64,000 nucleotides of DNA from assembly GCA_964494475.1 (NCBI GenBank), contig CAZBRS010000001.1, forward strand, positions 94,029 through 158,028, written 5' to 3'. The position numbers were made by a program, and so were the translations under genes. The number at the start of each line of letters is the position of its first letter. Position 1 is the stretch's first letter. Source of the stretch: an uncultured Myxococcales bacterium. Lineage in GTDB: Bacteria; Myxococcota_A; UBA9042; CAZBRS01. The notes beneath the pieces are model-generated. The model searched no databases. It was not told the DNA's origin and saw only the letters and a program-made list of their open reading frames with translations. Shown in pieces: positions 28,601 through 35,511 of this stretch.

Positions 28601-30029
28601 CCCCGAGCTCGCGTTCGCCGATACCAACTGCGACGGCCTCGACGGCTCGGTCGCGAGCTCCGTGTTCGTCGACGCCGTGGCGGGAACGGCCGACGGCAGC
28701 GGGACGGCCGACGACCCGCTCGACACCGTGCAGGCCGGCATCGACCTGGCCGCGTCGAGCGGTCGCAACGCCGTGCTGGTGGCGGGTGGCGAGTACGTGG
28801 GGTCCGTGTCCGTCGTCGGCGGCGTCAGCGTCTACGGTGGCTACGGCGGCGTGACCGACGGCTGGGAGGTACGCGAGGCGGCGCGCCTGGCCGAGATCTC
28901 CGGTCCGAGCCATGCCCTGGTGGTCGCCAACCTGTTCTACCCGACCGTCCTGCAGCTGCTAAGCGTGACGGCCGGCGTCGACGACACCCCGGGGGGTAAC
29001 GCCAGCAGCGTCGCCATGCTCGTCAAGAACGCGGGCACCTACCTGACGGTCGAGGCGTGCACCTTCACGTCGGCCGACGCCCTCGGCGGCGACTCCGGGA
29101 TCGCGGGAGCGGCAGGCGGAAGCGCCACGGTGGGCGTCGTCGGCACCAACGGCTGCCAGCAGAACTGCACGTGGCCCGCAGGCGGAGCCGGGGGCACCAG
29201 CCCCTGCGGCCGCACGGGTGGAGTGGGCGGCGCGTCGGGCTCGGCCGACGACTCGGGCAAGGGCGCCAACGGCGCGTCGGGCTTGCTCGTCAACCAGGGT
29301 GGCGGCGCCGGTGGCGTGGGCGGCGGCAACGCGTCCGGCGGCAAGTGGAGCAACAAGACCGCCGCCGGCGGCGCGGTCGGCAGCGCGGGGACCGCGGGCC
29401 TGGCCGGCGCTCACGGCGTGGCGCCGACCGCGACGGGCTGGCTCGACGGCGATGGCTGGCATCGCACGGCGGCCACCTCCGGCATCGCCGGCAGCCACGG
29501 GCACGGCGGCGGGGGAGGGGGCGGCGGCGGCGGGTTCTCGGTCGACTACGAGTACGACGACCTCTTCGGCGGGGCGGGCGGCGGTGGCGGCGGCGGCGGG
29601 TGCGGCGGCACGGCCGGCACGGGCGGCGTGACCGGCGGCTCGTCCATCGGGGTCCTGATCGTGGCCAGCTCCCCCACGCTGCGCGGGCTCACCATCTACG
29701 CGGGCGACGGCGGCGACGGCGGAGCGGGCAAGGCCGGCGGCCCGGGTGGCGCGGGCGCGAACGGAGCAGCGGGGGGCGGCCACGCCCACGCCTGGGATGT
29801 CGACAGTGGCGACGGCGGGGCCGGCGGCAAGGGCGGCGACGGCGGCAAGGGTGGCGACGGAGCCGGCGGCTGCGGCGGCCACAGCCTGGGCATCGCGCTC
29901 GACGGCTCGTCGGCGCCCACCCTCGGCGAAAACACCGTGGTCCCGGGCTCCGCCGGGGTCCCGGGAGCGGGAGGGAACGCCGGCAACGGTGGCTGCGCGG
30001 GCGAGGCCGTCGAGGTCAAGGCCTTTTGA
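25695..30029 (+). CDS. Giant (about 1444 aa) secreted modular protein: Cys-rich N-terminal region, multiple MopE-type and TSP3 calcium-binding repeats, C-terminal Gly-rich beta-helix region
   Basis: Signal/lipobox MARLHRVALRGFVLLFMLVVTANCGG (alternative ATG at 25659). Repeated CNGxDDDCDGxTDEG and DxDxDGxGDACD motifs. PxxEPxxEV repeats. Terminal 450 aa are about 40% Gly with a GHGGGGGGGGGGF run. The antisense 1119-aa ORF (25554-28913) is an artefact. Confidence 0.8.
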   Translation: MARLHRVALRGFVLLFMLVVTANCGGGASGPGVDDWSVDGHFMDLPDGATTDVGFSEADTPAPPEPDTAAEALPDEPPAEEPPTEVVEPEAPVEIVEVEVVPEVVEVPPGTPCEDDTACGSKTCVNHLCVAACGLGCEAGWDCLVREGKGYCFPGDAFVCRLCSDDEDCAGDLVEAPYRCVPHEGFLVCLHTCKAHAECPSSDCTTPPDLPGSKVCLAYGCGCTATDAQGAAEGSCFTANEWGTCWGPAQCGVDGQRTCAAFDPSREFCNGADDNCDGQTDEGYPDENADGSADCAFLADDPDDDGIGAAGDNCPTVWNPWQENMDLDDWGDACDPDVDGDLAENETDCEPANPIAYPGAAERCNGIDDDCDATVDEGFPDYNGDGVPDCAVTNDVDLDGVLDMQDNCPTVPNPPQHDYDHDGAGDACDGNIDDDPFLNPDDCDDFDAEIYPSGTESCNGKDDDCDGQTDEGYKDSDGDGAADCVDPDDDDDGVGDGSDNCPSKGNPEQTDTDADGTGDACDADLDGDNVKNANDNCSTVKNADQKDGDSDGQGDACDPDRDGDLLENGDDNCPDALNPGQSNLDGDALGDACDPDIDGDGVVPPNDCDDLDATVSPLAEEVCDGLDNNCDDWADGEPNLPDCVTFHYDSDDDGFGSQATQCLCEPSSIFTAPQGGDCNDLVKEINPAAVEVCDTVDNDCDGQNNEGFLDTDLDQSANCVDYDDDGDAVLDQVDNCPLVVNAGQADTDHDGHGDACDGDIDNDGTPDGSDCAPEDPTVHPGATEACNLRDDDCDGATDEVGANGCTPYFVDADHDDYGTGASSCRCKASTTYTALVGGDCADGDATVHPGADEACNGVDDDCDAKTDEGCDDDGDGFCQTGSPLVGNPQACPNGGGDCDDAEPTIHPGGVETCNGRDDDCDDEADEGCDDDGDGYCGVGQVIVTSVACPKGGGDCDDAAFGVNPGVYDAPELAFADTNCDGLDGSVASSVFVDAVAGTADGSGTADDPLDTVQAGIDLAASSGRNAVLVAGGEYVGSVSVVGGVSVYGGYGGVTDGWEVREAARLAEISGPSHALVVANLFYPTVLQLLSVTAGVDDTPGGNASSVAMLVKNAGTYLTVEACTFTSADALGGDSGIAGAAGGSATVGVVGTNGCQQNCTWPAGGAGGTSPCGRTGGVGGASGSADDSGKGANGASGLLVNQGGGAGGVGGGNASGGKWSNKTAAGGAVGSAGTAGLAGAHGVAPTATGWLDGDGWHRTAATSGIAGSHGHGGGGGGGGGGFSVDYEYDDLFGGAGGGGGGGGCGGTAGTGGVTGGSSIGVLIVASSPTLRGLTIYAGDGGDGGAGKAGGPGGAGANGAAGGGHAHAWDVDSGDGGAGGKGGDGGKGGDGAGGCGGHSLGIALDGSSAPTLGENTVVPGSAGVPGAGGNAGNGGCAGEAVEVKAF

Positions 30030-30907
30030 GGCACGACGCGCGCGTCCACGCCGCGCTGATCCTCGTCCAGCTCGGGTTCGGGGCCTTCCCGGTGGCGGCC
30101 AAGCTGATCCTGGGAACCGTCCCCCCGCTCGCGCTGGCCGCGATCCGCGTGTTGTTCGCGACGCCGCTGCTCTTCCTGCTGGCGCATCACCTCGAGGGCG
30201 TCACGCCCCGTCGGCGCGACCTGCCCGCGCTCGCCCTCCTCGGGCTGCTCGGTGTGGCCTCGAATCAGATCCTGTTCATCGTGGGCCTCAACTGGACCAC
30301 GGCCTCCGACGCGGCCCTGCTCATGCCCACCATCCCGGTCTTCGCCGTGGCCATCGCGGCGGCCACGGGCCTCGAGCGCGTGTCGGCCGTTCGGGTGGCC
30401 GGGATCGCGCTGTCGGTCGTCGGCGCCCTCGTGGTGCTCGACCCCTCCCGGTTTTCGCTCGGCGACCGCAGCGTGCTCGGCGACGGCCTCCTGCTCGCGA
30501 ACTGCCTCTGTTACGCGGCCTACCTCGTACTTCTCAGGCCCGTGCTGCGGCGGCTCCCTCCCCTGACCGTCACGGCCTGGGCCTTCCTGTTCGGTGGCGG
30601 GGTGGTGGCGCTCGTCGGCGCGCCCGCTCTGTCGCAGACTCCGTTCGGCGATCTCGGCGGCCGGGGCTGGGCCGCGCTCTCTTTCATCGTGCTCTGGCCC
30701 ACGCTCCTGAACTACGCGCTCAACACCTGGGCCGTTCGGCGCTCGTCGCCCTCGCTGGCGGCCTCGTACGTCACGTCACAGCCGGTCATCGCCACGCTGC
30801 TCGCGGTGCCGCTGCTCGGCGAAGGGATCGGGCTCCGCGCGCTCGTCGGCTTCGCGGCGATCTCGGGGGGGCTGCTGCTGGTGGCGGGGCCGCGACGAGC
30901 CGCTTGA
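30026..30907 (+). CDS. EamA/DMT-family transporter (10 TM)
   Basis: There is no in-frame ATG. Probable TTG start overlapping the upstream TGA (TTGA). Two EamA-like halves (ALILVQLGFGAFPVAAKLILG...; ...LWPTLLNYALNTWAVRRSSPSLAASY). Confidence 0.65.
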   Translation: MRHDARVHAALILVQLGFGAFPVAAKLILGTVPPLALAAIRVLFATPLLFLLAHHLEGVTPRRRDLPALALLGLLGVASNQILFIVGLNWTTASDAALLMPTIPVFAVAIAAATGLERVSAVRVAGIALSVVGALVVLDPSRFSLGDRSVLGDGLLLANCLCYAAYLVLLRPVLRRLPPLTVTAWAFLFGGGVVALVGAPALSQTPFGDLGGRGWAALSFIVLWPTLLNYALNTWAVRRSSPSLAASYVTSQPVIATLLAVPLLGEGIGLRALVGFAAISGGLLLVAGPRRAA

Positions 30908-30969
30908 CGGACGCGCCGCGTGGGTTATCTTCGAGGGCAGAAAAATACGCGACACACCAAAGGGGTCCC

Positions 30970-32646
30970 ATGCGCTGGTACGTTCACCTGCTCGTCCTGG
31001 TGTGCGCCTCATCGCCCGCGTCGGTGGTGGCCCAGTTCAGCGCGCAGCGCTTCGTGCCGTCGCCCCACGGGCGCGACTACCTGACGGTGGCGTCGACCGA
31101 GATCAACGGTCACCTGGCGCCGAGCGCGCAGCTCGTCGCGAACTACGCGACGAAGCCGCTCGTGTTCAGCACAGCCTCGGGGGAGCAGGCCGTGATCGAC
31201 CAGCTCCTCGGCGTCGACGCGCTCTTCTCGATGAGCTTCTTCGAGCGGTTCGAGTTGGGGCTCGGCCTTCCGTTCTACCCCTTCCTCGGCGGCGCCGCCG
31301 ACGCGTCGTTCGTGTCGAACCCGCGCTCGGCCTCCCTCGGCGATCTGCGCTTCGACGGCAAGGTGGTGCTCCTCGCGCACGGCAAGCGGGGCTTCGGGCT
31401 CGCGGTCGATCTGGGCCTCACGTTCCCCACGGCCCGCGACGGGGCCTACCTGGGCGAAGAGTCCGTCAGCTTCGTGCCCCGCCTGGTGGCCGAGCTCGAC
31501 TACGACGACTACCGCGTGGCCTTGAACGCCGGTTATCGCGTGCGCAAGAACCAGGTGCTCGGCTACCTGCCCGTGAACGACGAGATCCTGTTGGGGCTGG
31601 GCGCGTCGATGCCGCTCGGCGTGTCCGGGCTCACGTTGCTCGGCGAGCTTCAGTCGGCCAGCGAGGCCCGCTACTACTTCGTGTACGAGAACACCTCGTA
31701 CCTCGAGGGCGACCTGGCCGTGCGCTACCACGCACCCTTCGGCCTGCAGGCCACCCTGGGCGCGGGCGGCGGCCTGCTTCGCGGCATGGGCGATCCGCAG
31801 GTGCGCGTGTTCGCGAGCCTGGGCTATGTTCCGTTCGAGCGCCAGGACGACACCGACGCCACCGACCACGACCGCGATCGCGACCGCGACGGCGTGCTCG
31901 ACAGCGCCGACCGGTGCCCCGACGCGGCCGAAGACGTCGACCAGCACCAGGACGCCGACGGCTGCCCGGACCCCGACAACGACGCCGACGGCCTGCTCGA
32001 CGCCGCCGACCGCTGCCCCGACCGCGCCGAAGATCGTGACAACTTCGCCGACGGCGATGGCTGCCCGGACCCCGACAACGACGGCGACGGCCTGCCCGAT
32101 GCGCGCGACGGTTGCCCCGACGTGGCCGAAGACCTCGACGGAGTCGACGACGCCGATGGCTGCCCCGACGAAGACAACGACGGTGACGGCGTCCCCGACA
32201 GCACCGACAAGTGCCCCACCGAGCTCGAGACGGTCAACGACTTCCTCGACGACGACGGCTGCCCCGACGTTGCGCCCACCGTCTACCTGACCGGCGACCG
32301 CATCGTCATCACCCAGAAGGTCTTCTTCCAGAAGGGCACCGCCACGATCGTCGACAAGTCGAAGGCCGTGCTCGACGGAGTGGCCGCCATCCTCATCGCG
32401 CACCCCGAGATCGCGAAGGTCAGCGTCGAGGGGCACACCAGCTCCGAGGGCAACGCCACGACCAACAAGCAGCTCTCGCAGTGGCGCGCGGGTACGATCG
32501 TCAACTATCTGGTCAAGAAGAAGGTCGATCGCAAGCGGCTGAAGGCGGTCGGCTGGGGCTCCGAGAAGCCGCTGACGGCGTTGCCCGAGAAGAGCGACGA
32601 CGAGCGCGAGACCAACCGGCGGGTCGATTTCCTGATTGTTCCGTAG
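30970..32646 (+). CDS. OmpA-family outer-membrane protein with TSP3 repeats (N-terminal beta-barrel, TSP3 repeats, OmpA C-terminal domain)
   Basis: Signal peptide MRWYVHLLVLVCASSPASVVAQ. DxDxDGxxDxxDxCP repeats (DRDRDGVLDSADRCPD, DADGCPDPDNDADGLLD, ...). OmpA-C motif VEGHTSSEGNATTNKQLSQWRAGTIVNYLV...RRVDFLIV. Confidence 0.85.
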   Translation: MRWYVHLLVLVCASSPASVVAQFSAQRFVPSPHGRDYLTVASTEINGHLAPSAQLVANYATKPLVFSTASGEQAVIDQLLGVDALFSMSFFERFELGLGLPFYPFLGGAADASFVSNPRSASLGDLRFDGKVVLLAHGKRGFGLAVDLGLTFPTARDGAYLGEESVSFVPRLVAELDYDDYRVALNAGYRVRKNQVLGYLPVNDEILLGLGASMPLGVSGLTLLGELQSASEARYYFVYENTSYLEGDLAVRYHAPFGLQATLGAGGGLLRGMGDPQVRVFASLGYVPFERQDDTDATDHDRDRDRDGVLDSADRCPDAAEDVDQHQDADGCPDPDNDADGLLDAADRCPDRAEDRDNFADGDGCPDPDNDGDGLPDARDGCPDVAEDLDGVDDADGCPDEDNDGDGVPDSTDKCPTELETVNDFLDDDGCPDVAPTVYLTGDRIVITQKVFFQKGTATIVDKSKAVLDGVAAILIAHPEIAKVSVEGHTSSEGNATTNKQLSQWRAGTIVNYLVKKKVDRKRLKAVGWGSEKPLTALPEKSDDERETNRRVDFLIVP

Positions 32647-32649
32647 GGA

Positions 32650-33225
32650 CTACGGCAGCGGAGGGAAGTCGGCTTCCTTGATCTCGAGCGACTTCGAGAA
32701 GATGCCCACGCGGCCCGTGAGCCGGATCATGCCTCCGCCGGGCATCTCGATGTCGGTCAGGCGGGCGCCGTGGCTGCTGGGCACGCTCACGCCCTGGATG
32801 TTGGTGAGGCGGCCGCTCCAGGTCGACATGAGGATGCGCTGGTCGAACTTGACCTGATGCTGGGCGCCCTTCTCGTCCGTGATCTCCTTGGTGAAGCCCG
32901 CCGTCAGGTTCAGCGTGAGCTGGCCGCTGCCCTTGTTGTACTCGTAGTTCTTGATGTTCCGTGGTACCAGGGCGGCCGACAGCTTGTTCTGAATCAGGAT
33001 GGCCGCCACCTCGTCGTAGGGGGTGGGGGCCTCGGGCTGGGCCGCGATCGGCTTCTGAGCATCGGTCGCGGTGCCGCGTGACGGCTTCAGCAGGGCCTGC
33101 TGCTCCTCGAGCGTCATGCTCTTCAGCGGGTTCGGCTTGACCCCATCGGCGGGCTTCTTGGCATCGGCCTTGGGCTTGGCGGCCTCGAGGGCAAGGTCCT
33201 TCTTCTTCGGCTCGAGCTCGGGCAT
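32650..33225 (-). CDS. Hypothetical protein (191 aa; Lys/Pro-rich N-terminus, conserved-looking C-terminal domain)
   Basis: Internal ATG (MPELEPKKKDLALE) with GAGGA RBS. Non-repetitive C-terminal half (LTLNLTAGFTKEITDEKGAQHQVKFDQRILMSTWSGRLTNIQGV). No family recognised. Confidence 0.5.
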   Translation of the reverse strand: MPELEPKKKDLALEAAKPKADAKKPADGVKPNPLKSMTLEEQQALLKPSRGTATDAQKPIAAQPEAPTPYDEVAAILIQNKLSAALVPRNIKNYEYNKGSGQLTLNLTAGFTKEITDEKGAQHQVKFDQRILMSTWSGRLTNIQGVSVPSSHGARLTDIEMPGGGMIRLTGRVGIFSKSLEIKEADFPPLP

Positions 33226-33344
33226 CGTCGTCCTCGCTGGGGGGGTCGTTACTGTCCTCATCGTACGAAAAGCACGCGCGTCGTGCAAGTTGACCCGGGA
33301 GGGCCTCGTCGGGTACATTTCCGAACCACCGGTGGAGGCCTCCC

Positions 33345-34094
33345 GTGCGTATCCTGGTCACGAACGACGATGGCGTGCACGCCCAAGGCCTCGAGTGTCT
33401 GGCCCGGGTCGCGGAGCGATTCGGCGCGGTCTCGGTCGTGGCGCCGTCGCACGAGATGAGCGCGGTCAGCCACGGCCTCACGCTCCATCGCCCCCTGCGG
33501 GCGCGGCTGGTTCGGCCCGGGCAGCACGCGGTCGACGGCACGCCCGCCGACTGCGTCTACATCGCTGTGCACCACCTGCTCCATCCCCGCCCCGACCTCG
33601 TGCTCTCGGGCATCAACCACGGGCCGAACCTCGGCTACGACGTGCTGTACTCGGGCACGGTGGCGGCGGCGCGCGAGGCCTGCCTGCAGGGCCTGCCCGG
33701 CGTGGCGTTCTCCCTGTACGGCGATCGCCACCCCGTCCGATCCGGCGTCGAAGACTGGGCGACCCGGGTGCTCGAGCGGCTGCTCTCCGAAGGGGTGCTC
33801 TCGGGCGCGGTGTGCGTGAACGTGAACCTCCCGAACGTCGACGGGCAGGCCATCGTCGGCGTGCGATCCACCCGCCTGGGGCGCCAGATCTTCGCGCCGC
33901 AGGTCGAGCGCCGCACCGACCCGCGCGGGCTCGAGTATTTCTGGATCGGCAGCGACCGCGTCTCGCCCGCCGAGGAGGCCGACGTCGACGTGGCCGCGGT
34001 GAAGGCCGGGTTCGTCTCGGTGACGCCCCTGGCCACGGACACGACCGACCTGGCCGCCCTCTCCCGCCTGGCCGACCTCGGCTGGAGCTCCTGA
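33345..34094 (+). CDS. surE: 5'/3'-nucleotidase SurE
   Basis: GTG start. [16 protein letters not shown]...[21 protein letters not shown]...[25 protein letters not shown] are the diagnostic SurE motifs. Confidence 0.9.
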   Translation: MRILVTNDDGVHAQGLECLARVAERFGAVSVVAPSHEMSAVSHGLTLHRPLRARLVRPGQHAVDGTPADCVYIAVHHLLHPRPDLVLSGINHGPNLGYDVLYSGTVAAAREACLQGLPGVAFSLYGDRHPVRSGVEDWATRVLERLLSEGVLSGAVCVNVNLPNVDGQAIVGVRSTRLGRQIFAPQVERRTDPRGLEYFWIGSDRVSPAEEADVDVAAVKAGFVSVTPLATDTTDLAALSRLADLGWSS

Positions 34095-34104
34095 CAGGAG
34101 GAAC

Positions 34105-34641
34105 ATGAGCCACGATCCGCGCCTCGCCCTGATCCGGGCCACCATTCGCGACGTCCCCGACTTCCCCAAGCGGGGCATCGTCTTCAAGGACATCCACCCG
34201 CTGCTGCAGGACGGCGCCACGTTCCGCCTGGTGCTCGAACTGCTCGAGGAGCAGGCCCGCGCGCTGCGGGCCGATCGCATCGTCGGCATCGAGTCGCGGG
34301 GCTTCCTGTTCGGGGCCCCCCTGGCCGACCGCCTGCGCGTGGGGCTGTCGCTGGTGCGCAAGCCGAAGAAGCTGCCGTTCCAGACGCTCTCCGAGTCCTA
34401 CGAGCTCGAGTACGGGCGCGACACCATCGAGATGCACGTCGATGCCATCACGCCCGGCGAGCGGGTGCTCATCGTCGACGACCTGCTGGCCACGGGCGGC
34501 ACGGCGCGGGCGGCCGCCAACCTGGTCACACGCCTGGGAGGGCAGGTGGCCGGCTGCCTGTTCGTGGTCGAGCTCGGCTTCCTGAACGGGCGCGCGCGCT
34601 TCGAGGGCGTGCCGATGCACGCGCTCGTGACGTACGCGTAG
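34105..34641 (+). CDS. apt: Adenine phosphoribosyltransferase
   Basis: [30 protein letters not shown]...[16 protein letters not shown]...[13 protein letters not shown] (PRPP-binding motif). 178 aa. Confidence 0.9.
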   Translation: MSHDPRLALIRATIRDVPDFPKRGIVFKDIHPLLQDGATFRLVLELLEEQARALRADRIVGIESRGFLFGAPLADRLRVGLSLVRKPKKLPFQTLSESYELEYGRDTIEMHVDAITPGERVLIVDDLLATGGTARAAANLVTRLGGQVAGCLFVVELGFLNGRARFEGVPMHALVTYA

Positions 34642-34657
34642 ACGGCGCCTCGACCTC

Positions 34658-34701
34658 CCGGTCAGGGCATGGCACGCCATGCCCCTACATACCGGTTTTT
34701 T
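34658..34701 (+). terminator. Hairpin plus T-tract, candidate intrinsic terminator after apt
   Basis: GGGCATGG-cacg-CCATGCCC, an 8-bp perfect stem at 34665-34684, is flanked by CCGG...CCGG and followed by TTTTTT at 34696-34701. The U-tract sits 11 nt after the inner stem. Confidence 0.4.
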
Positions 34702-34758
34702 CCCTTCCCGCCGGGTGCTCGTATACTGCTGGGCGGTGTATCTGACGCTGGTTCCGCC

Positions 34759-35496
34759 ATGGTTCGCACGCTCTCGTTCCTCTTTGCGATGTTCCAGCTC
34801 GTTGGTCCTGCGCGCGCCGAGCCGAACGTGCCGGTCCCGGTCGGCACCGTCAAGGCCGCGCCGCGCGTCGAGGAGCCCAAGGCGTCCGCCGCCCTGGAGC
34901 CCCCGCCCAAGCGCAAGGCGCCCCACACGTACTACACCCTGCGCGGCGGGGGCGATCTCTCGACCACCGACACGGGGCTCTCGGCCGCCGTCGGCTTCCC
35001 GCGCGTCGACGTGAACTACTACTTCGCCCACTCGTCCGGGCTGGACGTGGCGCCCGAGGTGTCGTTCCTCTACGGCCTGGGCGCGACGGTGCCCATCTTC
35101 GGCGCTGCGGTCGGCACCGAGCTCCGGTACGAGATCTACCAGTCGGGGCGGTGGCGGCTGAAGCTCTTCGGCGAGCCCGCGGCCGTGGTGCTGCTCGACC
35201 CCGAGGTCGCGTTCGGGCTGCGCCTGGGCGTGCCCGGCCTCGAGGTCACGTGGCACGGCATGGAGGGCGGCTACCTGCACGGGGGGCTGCGGCTCTCGCC
35301 GCTCGTGTTCTTCTCCCCCCGGCTCATGGTGTCGCTTCCCATGGTCGCGAGCTTCGGCGGCGAATTGCAGCTCTACGAGGACTACAACCTCTTCGTCGAG
35401 ATGGAGATCGGCCCCGACGTCCGCAAGATGTCAGGCCAGTCGGCCAGCACCTACCTGTACGTCAGCTCGGTGTTCGGGGTGGGGACGCGGTTCTGA
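34759..35496 (+). CDS. Secreted hypothetical protein, probable small outer-membrane beta-barrel (245 aa)
   Basis: Signal peptide MVRTLSFLFAMFQLVGPARA. Alternating hydrophobic beta-strand pattern, Gly/Tyr-rich, ends ...VFGVGTRF. Confidence 0.55.
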   Translation: MVRTLSFLFAMFQLVGPARAEPNVPVPVGTVKAAPRVEEPKASAALEPPPKRKAPHTYYTLRGGGDLSTTDTGLSAAVGFPRVDVNYYFAHSSGLDVAPEVSFLYGLGATVPIFGAAVGTELRYEIYQSGRWRLKLFGEPAAVVLLDPEVAFGLRLGVPGLEVTWHGMEGGYLHGGLRLSPLVFFSPRLMVSLPMVASFGGELQLYEDYNLFVEMEIGPDVRKMSGQSASTYLYVSSVFGVGTRF

Positions 35497-35511
35497 GACC
35501 GGCCTGAACGA

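Noticed and set aside
25554-28913. 1119-aa minus-strand ORF
   Set aside because: It is the perfect antisense of the giant repeat protein. Its V/A/G/D-rich composition mirrors the GAC/GGC codon repeats of the sense strand.
29057-30025. N-terminal 320 aa of the 616-aa ORF
   Set aside because: It is a Gly/Arg-rich alternative frame of the giant protein's Gly-rich tail. The EamA transporter begins at TTG 30026.
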